64,000 nucleotides of DNA from a virus (lineage: Duplodnaviria; Caudoviricetes). The stretch is taken from positions 96,001 through 160,000 of the IMG/VR virus record IMGVR_UViG_3300005076_000002. The stretch is one strand, 5' to 3'. Below are positions 1-9,591 of this stretch, piece after piece (position 1 is the stretch's first letter; the number at the start of each line of letters is the position of its first letter). The position numbers were made by a program, and so were the translations under genes. Below the pieces are notes generated by a model, which had not been told where the DNA came from, made no database searches, and was given only the letters and a program-made list of their open reading frames with translations.

Positions 1-943
1 CCAGGCCGGTAATCCTGCCATCGAAACCATCCTGGCCCCCATCGCCAAGTTGGCCAAAGATACCACCTATAAGAGCTGGAAGAAGATCACTGGCAAAGTG
101 GCTACCAAGCCGCTGCTGAACTTCTACATCTCCCGCGGTGTGGAGCTGGACGGTGTTGCCTACCAACGTGTAGGTACCCTGGAAATTCCCATCCTGGAAG
201 ATGTGGAAGCCAATGCGGTTCTGACCGGCGTCCCGGTGAACTCGAAGAACGACAAGCAAGCCATTCGTCTGTTGCTCGAGAAGATCCTGGAAGGTGTCCC
301 GATGGAATACGGCACCAACCATACTACGCCGTACTTCTACGCGGTGCTGATGATGTATCATGCGGTTAACAAGCGCCTGAACAAAGTCAGCAAGATCTTC
401 AAGAAGGTCACCGCTGATGAAGTAGTCGACCTGAAATGGTGGGATACGGTTAAGGACGATGGGCTCAAGCAGTTCATGAAGCGCATTCCCCGCCTGCCCG
501 GTAATGAAGGGGTCAAGGAACTCTCCAAACGTGCCAAGTCCATGGCCGATGAAGAGTTGGCTATCATGGAAGATAAAGGTATCAAGCTGCGGACTGTTTC
601 CGCTGCCAATACCCCGCCGTGGAACGACGACGATAATGCTCCGGCCGCGCCGGCTCCTGAGCCCCGCGCTTCTGGCGGTATCTCTCTGACCAGCCTGATC
701 TCGTCCCCGGCATCTACCGGCGCACTGCGTGATCGCTACGGCAATGACCGCGAATATGAAGATGATATTCGTGATCGTGACCGTCGCTATGACCGCAATG
801 ATCGTGACCGTGGTCGTGGACGTCGTGAAGTTGACCTGCTGGGCCATCGTGGTCGGGATGACCGCCGTGATGACCGTAGAGACGATCGTCGTGATGAACG
901 TCGCGGGGGTATTTCTCTGAACGATCTGATCGGGCGGCGATAA
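1..943 (+). CDS. picA: 3' part of conserved chimallivirus protein, probably PicA/Imp1 (phiKZ gp69-like) nuclear protein-import factor; 5'-truncated by window
   Basis: Frame is open from base 2. Motifs YGTNHTTPYFYAVL and IPRLPGNEG. Position just upstream of the gp70-like gene and nvRNAP beta-C/beta'-C matches recalled synteny. RD-rich disordered tail. Confidence 0.55.
   Translation, partial: QAGNPAIETILAPIAKLAKDTTYKSWKKITGKVATKPLLNFYISRGVELDGVAYQRVGTLEIPILEDVEANAVLTGVPVNSKNDKQAIRLLLEKILEGVPMEYGTNHTTPYFYAVLMMYHAVNKRLNKVSKIFKKVTADEVVDLKWWDTVKDDGLKQFMKRIPRLPGNEGVKELSKRAKSMADEELAIMEDKGIKLRTVSAANTPPWNDDDNAPAAPAPEPRASGGISLTSLISSPASTGALRDRYGNDREYEDDIRDRDRRYDRNDRDRGRGRREVDLLGHRGRDDRRDDRRDDRRDERRGGISLNDLIGRR
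857..904 (+). repeat. Four imperfect 12-nt coding repeats (DDRR x3, DERR)
   Basis: gatgaccgccgt gatgaccgtaga gacgatcgtcgt gatgaacgtcgc. Confidence 0.8.
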
Positions 944-945
944 AT

Positions 946-985
946 AAAAAGAGAAGAGGGCTTTCGCCCTCTTTTTTTCTCTCTT
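946..985. terminator. Bidirectional intrinsic terminator
   Basis: A-tract, AAGAGGGC-TTTC-GCCCTCTT, then T-tract, between convergent genes. Confidence 0.9.
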
Positions 986-1312
986 TTATAGCTTTGCTAT
1001 GGAGATGATTTCATCAATAGTAGCGATGCTAGGTATATGCAGTGCCTTCACCGTGGTATCAAAGTCCTCCGGTGAATTCATATCTGATAGCATCAGGATA
1101 ATCCAGTGGAGCTGTGATGGTATTTTGACGGTTGTCAGGTAGCCATATAGGTTGTAGAGATACGGCCTTGCTACTTTAAGGTCTACTGCCATCGAAGTGG
1201 TAGACTCATGCTCACGCAAGTATTTGCGGTGCGTAATAAGTACGTTGCGTAAACGCGGGTTGGCAGCATAATGCGGCAGCGTATACGTGACAAGTTCATT
1301 AACTGAAGCCAT
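986..1312 (-). CDS. Small conserved protein (phiKZ gp70-like), LysM/T4 gp53-like baseplate fold suspected
   Basis: 108 aa; LYGYL...QLHWIILMLSDMNSP...LHIP resembles the gp53/LysM pattern; GGGGA RBS upstream. Confidence 0.55.
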   Translation of the reverse strand: MASVNELVTYTLPHYAANPRLRNVLITHRKYLREHESTTSMAVDLKVARPYLYNLYGYLTTVKIPSQLHWIILMLSDMNSPEDFDTTVKALHIPSIATIDEIISIAKL

Positions 1313-1329
1313 GCTTCCCCCTAAATAAA

Positions 1330-1352
1330 TTCAAGCATATATTATCATAGGG
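1330..1352 (+). promoter_or_regulatory. Early (virion RNAP) promoter
   Basis: TTCAAGCATATATTATCATAGGG; matches four other copies and the phiKZ early TATATTAC motif. Confidence 0.75.
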
Positions 1353-1384
1353 ATGGTATGTAGTTAGTGCGATCAGGAGTAAAC

Positions 1385-3457
1385 ATGATAGCTTATCGGC
1401 CAGACGAGCATTCAGTTCCGTTAAGGACTGAACTGATGGGTGCTGTAACTGAATACATGTTAGCCCCGGATGGAAGTTCCGGTGCACGTGTTCAGATGCA
1501 GGGTGGCCACATGGGCCAAGCTCCCTGCATAGTTGGTAATGAAAAACGCCATCTGTTCACAGGCGTGGAGTTCGAATACGCCAAATACACGTTTAATGTG
1601 AAGGTGCCCGAGACCTGTAAGGTAGAGGCTGTAATAAGCCGTTACCCTGCCGGTGGTATTGGTATTGCACGACCGCTGGAAACAGTAGCGTTCGTACGCC
1701 ATATCGATAATCCAAGACACATTGACGTAATCCACATTCCGATGTTCCAGTCTAACCACCAGTATTTCGGTTATGACATGGTGCTGTCGGAAACCGGCCG
1801 TAACATCAAGAAGGGGATGATTCTCAAGAAAGGAACCATACTGGCAGATACCCCAGGTAATATCGACGGGGAGTATTGTAACGGAACGCACGCCGCGACA
1901 ATCCTCGTGTCGCATCCTGGCTGTATTGAAGACGCGGTAGTGGTCTCACAAGACCTGGCAGACGCAATGATGTCTTACGGCTACAAAACCGTAACGATGT
2001 CTTTCGGCGCCCAAGACTATCCGCTGTTCCCGTACGGTACCGAAGAAAACCCGCGTATCCATCCTGCTATCGGTGACCGTGTTCGCGCCGATGGTATTCT
2101 GATGGCTAAGCGTTCCTGGGATCCGCTCCTTGCCGGTGTAGAGACATCTGTCAAAGCACTGCGCGATATCTGTGGTCATTTCGATGATGTCGTATTCGTC
2201 GATCCCGATGCGGAAGTTGTTGACGTCCGAACCTATAAGGACGACATCCAACGTGGGGTGATGAAGACTTCTGAGAAGATTCAGGAGATGTGTAAAGGGG
2301 ATGTAGAATCCCTGGCCACATTTTACGAACGCATCCGTTCCTATTATGCGTCAATTCGCCGCGAACTGAAAAGCAAGACCAATGCTGCAACGTTGTCGCC
2401 TGCTGCTCACGTTCTGATTCGTACGGCGATTGCACACAAGCCCGATGAGTATACTTCCGATGCAATGGCTAAGAAGAAGATCTTCGGGTATGAGCAGATG
2501 GATGACTACCGTATCGAAGTTACGGTGAAGTTCAAGATTCCATTTGACGTAGCCAGTAAGATGACTGACCTCTTCGGCGGTAAGGGTGTTACTGGTGAGG
2601 TTCGGCCAACGGAAGAGATGCCAATCGATGAGTATGGCAACCGCGTTCACCTGATTATGTCCGGTAACGCAATGCTTCGCCGTACCAACTATAACCGGAA
2701 GTTTGAACACTTTGTCAACGCTGCAAGGCGTGATGTGCAAAGTAAGATCGTTGAGATGATCGATCGCGATCGCTATGATGAAGCGTGGGAGTATCTCACT
2801 AACTTCTTCAAAGGTTCAAGCTCTCTGTGGTTGGACGCAATCGAGGTATCCCACCAGACCAAGAAGGAGCAATATGCCTTCCTAGACGAGCTGAGACATA
2901 AGCCGTTGAGAATGCAAATCCCACACGAACGTCCTGAGATGATGTGTGAGATTGAAGATTGGATTGAGAAACATTTCCCACCCAATCGTAGTAAGCTTAC
3001 GCTTACCATGCCCGACGGCAGCAAGAAGCAGACGATTGATGATTTCATCGTAGGCGACCTGTATGTCATACGTCTGGACAAAACTGGCCGAGACGCTTCC
3101 GCAATCTCTGCCGGTAAGTTCCAGCATTTCGGTACGATCAGTAAGCAACATTCTCGTGATCGTAATCGTCGTCCCGTTCGTGAACACCCGATCAAGTTCA
3201 TGGGCGAATCCGAAGCGCGTCATCTGGAGGCATATGTTGGTGACAACATCACCGCCGAGATTCATGACCGTAGTAATAACCCGATTGTAGCCGATGAGGT
3301 GGTTAAGTCTATTCTGATGACTGATACGCCTACAAACATCGTAGAGGCGGTAGACCGGAAACGGTTCCCGCTTGGCAACAACCGCGCTATGGCAATCCTG
3401 TATCACGTTCTCGAATGTGAGGGTTGTGGGTTCACTACGGAGATGATTGACGGATGA
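1385..3457 (+). CDS. Non-virion RNA polymerase beta subunit, C-terminal part (phiKZ gp71/73-like), uninterrupted
   Basis: IEDAVVVS, SKMTDLFGGKGV and FMGESEAR beta motifs; AGGAG RBS favours ATG 1385. Confidence 0.9.
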   Translation: MIAYRPDEHSVPLRTELMGAVTEYMLAPDGSSGARVQMQGGHMGQAPCIVGNEKRHLFTGVEFEYAKYTFNVKVPETCKVEAVISRYPAGGIGIARPLETVAFVRHIDNPRHIDVIHIPMFQSNHQYFGYDMVLSETGRNIKKGMILKKGTILADTPGNIDGEYCNGTHAATILVSHPGCIEDAVVVSQDLADAMMSYGYKTVTMSFGAQDYPLFPYGTEENPRIHPAIGDRVRADGILMAKRSWDPLLAGVETSVKALRDICGHFDDVVFVDPDAEVVDVRTYKDDIQRGVMKTSEKIQEMCKGDVESLATFYERIRSYYASIRRELKSKTNAATLSPAAHVLIRTAIAHKPDEYTSDAMAKKKIFGYEQMDDYRIEVTVKFKIPFDVASKMTDLFGGKGVTGEVRPTEEMPIDEYGNRVHLIMSGNAMLRRTNYNRKFEHFVNAARRDVQSKIVEMIDRDRYDEAWEYLTNFFKGSSSLWLDAIEVSHQTKKEQYAFLDELRHKPLRMQIPHERPEMMCEIEDWIEKHFPPNRSKLTLTMPDGSKKQTIDDFIVGDLYVIRLDKTGRDASAISAGKFQHFGTISKQHSRDRNRRPVREHPIKFMGESEARHLEAYVGDNITAEIHDRSNNPIVADEVVKSILMTDTPTNIVEAVDRKRFPLGNNRAMAILYHVLECEGCGFTTEMIDG

Positions 3458-5487
3458 TTAATAAAACTGTACCACGTATGTCCTATCACGTCCGTGATCT
3501 GTTGGATTTTGATGAGGATGAAATCTGGGACCTTCCACGTCCAGGGATAGTCGCCCTGACTTATGACGATGGTCAGCTGATTCACACCAATACTGTAGAC
3601 ATTTGCTTTAGTTGGTATCTTTGGCAAATCGTAGACAGCTATCGTGAACTCCAGATCACTCCGAAACTGTGTACTAACGGCCGGCCCCTTACAGACAAAC
3701 TCTATCGTGAGATGTTGTGGGCTGCCATTGAAGACACGGTCGATATGGACATCAACAAAGAAGACGTCTGGCTGCTGGCGTATAAGCGTTGCTACAACGA
3801 ACTGTATGTTGCGCTGTCTACACGTCTCCTTCCTTATATTGACACGATCTCTGCCCCTGAGGTATTGGAGATCCTTAATGATGAGGAGATCACCGCTGCT
3901 AACGAAGCAGTAACTGACGCGATGCCGACTATCGACAACGCGTACGCGGTTATCAAGAAAGTGTTCAACTCAGGAAAGTATAAGAACAACCCGATTGTTC
4001 GTGCTGCTCTGAACCGCACCGTACCGATGCCGCAGATACTCCAGTCCTTCGGCCCTAAAGGCCTGAGTACGGATATCGACTCGGTTATGTATGTCAAGCC
4101 AATCCGTCGTGGCTTTGCAATGGGTCTGGGTGATACCAACTCGTTTGCAAAAGAAACGCGGTCAGCTTCTAAGGCGCTACTCTTTAACAAGGATCCGGTA
4201 GCAGATGCGGAATATTTTAACCGTAAGCTGCAATTGGTATGTAGCGTGCTGGAGCGCGTTGTCAAAGGCGACTGTGGTACTCGTGATGCTCACGAAGCCA
4301 TGATCCCTGAAGGCAGTGCAGGCGAAGCATTAATCCGTTCCATGGCAGGTCTGTATCAAGTCCTGCCGTCTGGCAAACTCCATGAAATCTTACCAACAGA
4401 CACCCATCTGTTGGGGCAACGCATACGCTTCCGTACGACGAACTGCTGTCAGTATCTGCACGAGCAGGAAGTGTGTGAAGTCTGCTACGGTAAGACATCT
4501 TATGCATTGCCGCATGACACTAACCCAGGACACGTTAGTTCGACCTCGTTGAACAAGCGGTTCACTCAGATCATTATTTCCACAAAACACTTGGACTTCA
4601 TCGTCCACAAGTTTATCGTGGCATTGCGTGGTACTGAGGGTCGTTACTTGGCCATCAAAGAAGGTGACAAGGAATCCCTCTACCTGAATAGCGTTCTGAA
4701 GGGTAAGTCAGTCAAGCTGCGTATCTCTGCACAAGAGGCCGCTCATCTCGTAGACATCAACTACGTGAAGAACCTGGCCAACATGGATATCAGCCGTGCA
4801 AGTCAGCTGACCTCCGCTGAGTTCTATACAGTGGATGAGAATCAGGTCTACCAAGACCAGCTCCAGGTCAACTTGGTGAAGCAAGCCACCAAAGCTTCGC
4901 TCTCCACCGAGATGCTGCGTTATTTGCAGACTGAGAAATGGATTGCCAACGGCAGTTCCTACTGGATCGATCTGGCCAACTGGGACGTCAAGAAACCGTT
5001 GTTTGTATATCCGCTCAAACACGAAAACATGTCTGAGTTTGCGAGTAAAGCGGAAACGTTGTTCCGCTCGGCCCGCTCTGCGTCCGAACACGATGAAACT
5101 TACACTGCTGAGACATCGAAGAAGACGGTGAAGAATAAAGCTGCCATGCTGGTAAGCTACCGTGATGTGGATGACGCTCTTATGGATGCGTACTACCTCA
5201 TCTCCGAGAAACTGGACGATATTCACCTCGGCCATATCTCCACGGTAATTGCCACGTCTCGTGTCACTGATACGAGAATCGGTGATTGTGCAATGCCAAA
5301 CGGTCTGTACTCTGGTGTATTCCGTTCACACGATGAAATCATTCGTCGTCGGTCATTGTCTGTTGCCATGCTCTACCAGAGACAGAATGAAGTCTTTGAA
5401 GACGTAACTGCGTATATCGATCACGATCGTTGTACCAGTATCATGGATAGCTTGGTCTATATCGAGCCCGCAAACGCCAGACGCTAA
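3454..5487 (+). CDS. Non-virion RNA polymerase beta' subunit, C-terminal part (phiKZ gp74-like)
   Basis: Bridge helix AEYFNRKLQL, DCGT, CEVCYG zinc site, QIIISTKH trigger loop; 677 aa. Confidence 0.9.
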   Translation: MINKTVPRMSYHVRDLLDFDEDEIWDLPRPGIVALTYDDGQLIHTNTVDICFSWYLWQIVDSYRELQITPKLCTNGRPLTDKLYREMLWAAIEDTVDMDINKEDVWLLAYKRCYNELYVALSTRLLPYIDTISAPEVLEILNDEEITAANEAVTDAMPTIDNAYAVIKKVFNSGKYKNNPIVRAALNRTVPMPQILQSFGPKGLSTDIDSVMYVKPIRRGFAMGLGDTNSFAKETRSASKALLFNKDPVADAEYFNRKLQLVCSVLERVVKGDCGTRDAHEAMIPEGSAGEALIRSMAGLYQVLPSGKLHEILPTDTHLLGQRIRFRTTNCCQYLHEQEVCEVCYGKTSYALPHDTNPGHVSSTSLNKRFTQIIISTKHLDFIVHKFIVALRGTEGRYLAIKEGDKESLYLNSVLKGKSVKLRISAQEAAHLVDINYVKNLANMDISRASQLTSAEFYTVDENQVYQDQLQVNLVKQATKASLSTEMLRYLQTEKWIANGSSYWIDLANWDVKKPLFVYPLKHENMSEFASKAETLFRSARSASEHDETYTAETSKKTVKNKAAMLVSYRDVDDALMDAYYLISEKLDDIHLGHISTVIATSRVTDTRIGDCAMPNGLYSGVFRSHDEIIRRRSLSVAMLYQRQNEVFEDVTAYIDHDRCTSIMDSLVYIEPANARR

Positions 5488-5492
5488 CTAAG

Positions 5493-5522
5493 GTACGGGG
5501 AGGATTCTCCCCGTATTTTTTT
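5493..5522 (+). terminator. Intrinsic terminator
   Basis: TACGGGGAG-GATT-CTCCCCGTA followed by T-tract. Confidence 0.8.
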
Positions 5523-5531
5523 GGAGCATAA

Positions 5532-7088
5532 ATGGCTATTGTAGACATTGTGCGCCACAGGACGGGGTTCTGCGTACGCACAACTGAAGTTGCATTACAT
5601 CATGCGTTAGAGGCATATAACGAATCATTAACCCAACCAAAGATCCAGAGACAGCGTGGTAAGGTATTCACGATTCCTGGTGATAAATACGCAGTACGAG
5701 TTGATAAAGAAAACGCCTTCTACTACATCGATGCGCTGTATGAGCCTGTTCTAACGCTCCTCAAGGAGCGTATAAGCAGACTTATGCGTCGTGACATAAC
5801 CATCAACGAGACGCGACTGAACACGCCTGAAGGGGCGTCTGTCTCGTTTAAAGGGCATGTCCTCAATATGGTAGAGCCAGAAGGAGATTTCTTTTGGCAA
5901 AACGCCTGTGTGGAACGTTGTTCTCAAGTAGACCCTTGGCATAACGTTCTTGAAATCGCAACCGGGGAAGGTAAGACAAAGACTGCGCTGAAGATTGCAG
6001 TTACGATGGGTAAGCGCTTCATGGTGTTGACCAAAGCAGCTTATTTGGATAAGTGGGTAGGGGATCTTAAAGAGAACCTTAAACTGCGTCCGGGTGAACT
6101 GTATAAGGTTAAGGACACGAAGGAGCTAGAGATATTGCTACGTGACGGCGACGCGCGCTTAGGCGGCGGTCGCGGCCACAAGGAATGTAAAGCGATTGTT
6201 ATTTCGTCGCACTGTATCGAAAACTATATCAAGGAGTATCTCGGCCGTTATGATAATGCCGTGTCTCCTACTGAACTACTCGAGCGGCTTGGCATCGGTC
6301 TTCTACTTTACGATGAGTCTCATCAGTTCTTCCGAATGAACTATACGTCATTCGTTATGCTCAACCCTCCCCGCGTCATTGATCTGTCGGCCACATTGGA
6401 ACCTGACGACGCCTTCATGAAAGCACGGTACTTGGAACGTTTCCCGCTGCCTACACGGTATACCGGTAATCCCTACGTCCCATTCATCGATGCAATCGGC
6501 CTAAGGTATAGCATCAAAGACCATAAAGTCACATCACGCATGAATAGACTGAGCATGTATAATCATCCAGAGTTAGAAAAGATGATTATGCGCAATAAAC
6601 AAATGCTTAACAACTACATGCATATGTGCGCTGAGATTTTGAAGGTGTGGTATATAAATGAAAAGAAAGATGGTCAGAAAGCACTGATTATCTTTGCCAC
6701 CAAGGCGATGTGTACCACGTTTACTGAATACATGAAAAAGAAGTATCCGACGTTCAATGTCTATCGCTACATCGAAGGCGATATTTACAAGAAGGCTACC
6801 GAAGCTGACATCATTGTGTCAACGCCTGGTAAGTCTGGCACTGCCGTGGACTATGTAGGTCTGGTATTGGCAATCATCACTGTTGCAGTAGATGCCACCC
6901 AAGCCAACCTGCAAATGTTAGGCCGTACGCGTAAGTCGACATTGAAACTCTGGAACATTAACCCAAAGGTGGTCTATCCGATATGTAACCAAATCAAGAA
7001 ACATCATATGTACTGGAATAAGAAAGCTACCAAGTTTAATGGTCGCGTTCGCAAACTCGTGACTATGGGAAGTGCCTTTACTGTCTAG
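5532..7088 (+). CDS. SF2 DExH helicase, UvsW-like (phiKZ gp75-like)
   Basis: IATGEGKT, LLYDESH, LSAT, QMLGRTR. Confidence 0.88.
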   Translation: MAIVDIVRHRTGFCVRTTEVALHHALEAYNESLTQPKIQRQRGKVFTIPGDKYAVRVDKENAFYYIDALYEPVLTLLKERISRLMRRDITINETRLNTPEGASVSFKGHVLNMVEPEGDFFWQNACVERCSQVDPWHNVLEIATGEGKTKTALKIAVTMGKRFMVLTKAAYLDKWVGDLKENLKLRPGELYKVKDTKELEILLRDGDARLGGGRGHKECKAIVISSHCIENYIKEYLGRYDNAVSPTELLERLGIGLLLYDESHQFFRMNYTSFVMLNPPRVIDLSATLEPDDAFMKARYLERFPLPTRYTGNPYVPFIDAIGLRYSIKDHKVTSRMNRLSMYNHPELEKMIMRNKQMLNNYMHMCAEILKVWYINEKKDGQKALIIFATKAMCTTFTEYMKKKYPTFNVYRYIEGDIYKKATEADIIVSTPGKSGTAVDYVGLVLAIITVAVDATQANLQMLGRTRKSTLKLWNINPKVVYPICNQIKKHHMYWNKKATKFNGRVRKLVTMGSAFTV

Positions 7089-7093
7089 GAGGT

Positions 7094-7441
7094 ATGATGG
7101 CTAATTATAACGGGTATAACTTGGCACAGCTTTTGGAGTCTGTGCTTAAAGCGTACCCTGGCGTAGTTCCTGCGCTTGATCTGTTGACCGATGGTTTGTC
7201 ACCGGAGTATGTGGCATTCCATCGTGAGTCTGTTAAGGCCCATACCGGCCTTATCCACTTCAAGCACCGTGGTGTGGTGTACCAGCTTACCCGCGTGTCC
7301 AACATTCGTAATACGAACGGTTACGAGCGTTACACGTACGCTATCTGGGACGATGAACACCAACAGGCAGATGATCCCAACATTGCATACTCGATCTACA
7401 TAGACGAGTTCCTGCCGTGGGTAACAATACCGCTGACATAA
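7094..7441 (+). CDS. Hypothetical protein
   Basis: 115 aa, AGGAGG RBS, ends at terminator. Confidence 0.75.
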   Translation: MMANYNGYNLAQLLESVLKAYPGVVPALDLLTDGLSPEYVAFHRESVKAHTGLIHFKHRGVVYQLTRVSNIRNTNGYERYTYAIWDDEHQQADDPNIAYSIYIDEFLPWVTIPLT

Positions 7442-7477
7442 AGAGAAGAGGGCTTTCGCCCTCCTCTCTTTTTTTTT
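7441..7477. terminator. Bidirectional intrinsic terminator
   Basis: AGAGAAGAGGGC-TTTC-GCCCTCCTCTC followed by T-tract, between convergent genes. Confidence 0.88.
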
Positions 7478-7478
7478 G

Positions 7479-7847
7479 TCAGTTGGTCAAATTTTTCTTT
7501 ACTTCACCAGACAGAGATATCTCCGACTTCAAGGCCCGTTCGGCCTCGGCTTTCAGTTCTTCAATGAATGGACGCGGCATGTCGATATACTGCAAGAGCG
7601 ATATACCGTACTTAGCAATGTCATAATCTCGGAACTCTTTAGCTCGATGAGTAAACAAAGAACCGTTGGATACACGCTCCTCCTCCGCAATACCAATGAG
7701 ATTCGGACCATAGTCCAGATCATAGGTTTCGGCGTAGGCTTCGACCAACATCATCTTAGCCTCAATGTAAGTGGGCTTCACTGAGAGCTTGGTGGTGTCG
7801 GTTCTTAGAAGATCGTCTACCGCAGTAAGGTTCCCCGAATCCGTCAT
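7479..7847 (-). CDS. Conserved protein, tail-assembly-chaperone T-like/T4 gp51-like; probably expressed as a -1 frameshift extension of the upstream gene
   Basis: YGISLLQYIDMPRPFIE motif; no RBS before ATG; frame open upstream to the T8 tract at 7937-7944. Confidence 0.65.
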   Translation of the reverse strand: MTDSGNLTAVDDLLRTDTTKLSVKPTYIEAKMMLVEAYAETYDLDYGPNLIGIAEEERVSNGSLFTHRAKEFRDYDIAKYGISLLQYIDMPRPFIEELKAEAERALKSEISLSGEVKKNLTN

Positions 7848-7882
7848 GTAGTGCTTTCGCCGGTCGGAGAACAGGCCAGACC

Positions 7883-9535
7883 TTATTGACCCTGTTCCAA
7901 CATAGCCAGCATGCTGGTTTTCTGTCTGGTAAGTGTAAAAAAAATCCGGTCAATGGGCATGGGGACGATAGAGCGGAAGCGACCGGTGTCGGTCTCATCC
8001 ACAGTGCCACAGGCTTTGCAGCGCGATGCGGCATAGCCTACAACCACGATAGTGCTGGCTTCGATGAACTCAACAACCTGATCTTGGAACTTGACAAAGA
8101 AGCCGTCGTTCGCAGAGAGGATATCGAGAGACTCGACGATAGTCGCACGATCGACGATGGTCAGCGGGTTGGCAGTATCGGTGTTGAAGATGATCTTCTC
8201 AACGAAGTGGCCGTATTTACGCATGGCACGTGCCTGGATATGGCTGTCCAGGAAGGCCTTCCGCTCCGCATCGGTATTGTAGCTGGACAACGCAACGGCT
8301 TGTTGCTTCTCGATGTCCTCAACCCACTGACGGCCGCTCTCGGCGTATTCAGACAGGCTACCGGTACGCAGATGGATTTCCACGTTGTCGTTGAACTTGA
8401 CGACGCGCTTATCGGACAGCTTGAACTCGGCCTTGTACTCGGCGATCTCAGCATCGGTGATGCTGTTACGCTTCTTAACCAGCATGTCCATCTGTTTCTT
8501 GTTCAGGCAGGTCTTATCGACCCAGGCCATGCGGCTGAAGTGCATGCGAGTCTCATGCTTGTGACCACACTTGGGATTGGCACATTCGATCAGCCACGGG
8601 TAACCGTTCGGATACATCGTCGCCAACATGGTGTTGATCAGGGTCGGATAGTCCATCGGATCAATGCGATCCATCAGTGACTGAACCATGCCGTCGGACA
8701 GGTTGGCCACGTTGGTGGAGGTGACATAGCTCAACGCAAATGTTGCCAGCTCACGTACAAAGATAGAGCTAGTCGCAGACAGCAGCAGACCAGAGGTAGA
8801 CATGCCGACCGCAGCACGCTCCATGGCCAGACGGTAGTCGAGGTTGATCAGGTCGGTGTCCGGCGGACAGGACATCTCGATATAGATACCGGAGTGATAG
8901 AGCGGTTGCAACAAAGAAGTGCCCAGGTTGGATGCACGACGCAGCAGGGTCAGTGCAGCGCTACCCTTAACGATATTACCGCTAGCCTCGAGCCGAGGCT
9001 GTGCAGTACCAACACGCTCACCGCCGTTATCCAGGCTCTGTACCCACTGGCTGTCTTTCTCGGCCAGACGCATGGAATGCAGTGCATGCGGAGTATAGTT
9101 GGCAATCAGTCGGGTTTCGTGATCACCAAACTGACCACCGTTGCGAACTTGGGTGTACATCATGTCCGCAAAGGGGAGGTTGAAAGAATGGCCAGGCAAA
9201 CCAAATACCGGCTTGGTATTGGAGTTGTCCAGGGTCTTACGCTCCTCGACGTAATTGATGGAGACGCCGACCAGACCACGGTCTTCCAGCTCCAGCGCCA
9301 GTCCCTCACGTTCTTCGATGGTGGAAGGAACGGTCGGACCGTCCTGGTCGCCAGTATTGCCAGCGTCAACTTTAGCAGTTGTCGCATCGGTCGCTACTTC
9401 TGTAGTTACCGCAGCCGCCGGCTCAGCTACTACTGTCGGTTCTACTTCAACAGTTGCTTCCGGCATGGTCTCGACGACCGGCTCAGTTGCAGAGATAGGA
9501 TCCACGGTAGGGAGGTCATCAAATTGATCAGACAT
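7883..9535 (-). CDS. Conserved core protein (phiKZ gp77-like), T4 gp26-like hub/tail assembly protein
   Basis: 550 aa; CANPKCGHK and CKACG zinc knuckles; ends RIFFTL; AGGAG RBS. Confidence 0.75.
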   Translation of the reverse strand: MSDQFDDLPTVDPISATEPVVETMPEATVEVEPTVVAEPAAAVTTEVATDATTAKVDAGNTGDQDGPTVPSTIEEREGLALELEDRGLVGVSINYVEERKTLDNSNTKPVFGLPGHSFNLPFADMMYTQVRNGGQFGDHETRLIANYTPHALHSMRLAEKDSQWVQSLDNGGERVGTAQPRLEASGNIVKGSAALTLLRRASNLGTSLLQPLYHSGIYIEMSCPPDTDLINLDYRLAMERAAVGMSTSGLLLSATSSIFVRELATFALSYVTSTNVANLSDGMVQSLMDRIDPMDYPTLINTMLATMYPNGYPWLIECANPKCGHKHETRMHFSRMAWVDKTCLNKKQMDMLVKKRNSITDAEIAEYKAEFKLSDKRVVKFNDNVEIHLRTGSLSEYAESGRQWVEDIEKQQAVALSSYNTDAERKAFLDSHIQARAMRKYGHFVEKIIFNTDTANPLTIVDRATIVESLDILSANDGFFVKFQDQVVEFIEASTIVVVGYAASRCKACGTVDETDTGRFRSIVPMPIDRIFFTLTRQKTSMLAMLEQGQ

Positions 9536-9557
9536 TGTCTTACTCCTGACATAAATG

Positions 9558-9580
9558 AATGGGCGGTTTCCCGCCCACTT
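9558..9580 (-). terminator. GAAA-tetraloop hairpin between two minus-strand genes
   Basis: Minus strand AAGTGGGCGG-GAAA-CCGCCCATT, then CATTTATG and RBS. Confidence 0.55.
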
Positions 9581-9591
9581 ACGGTTAGCGA

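Noticed and set aside
740-910. CRISPR-like or non-coding repeat array
   Set aside because: The repeats are short, degenerate at third codon positions and encode RD-rich protein; the same applies to the EETE repeats at 45470-45560.
1385-3457. Intron or homing endonuclease in nvRNAP beta-C, as in phiKZ gp71-73
   Set aside because: The ORF is continuous, of expected size, with no HNH or intein motifs.
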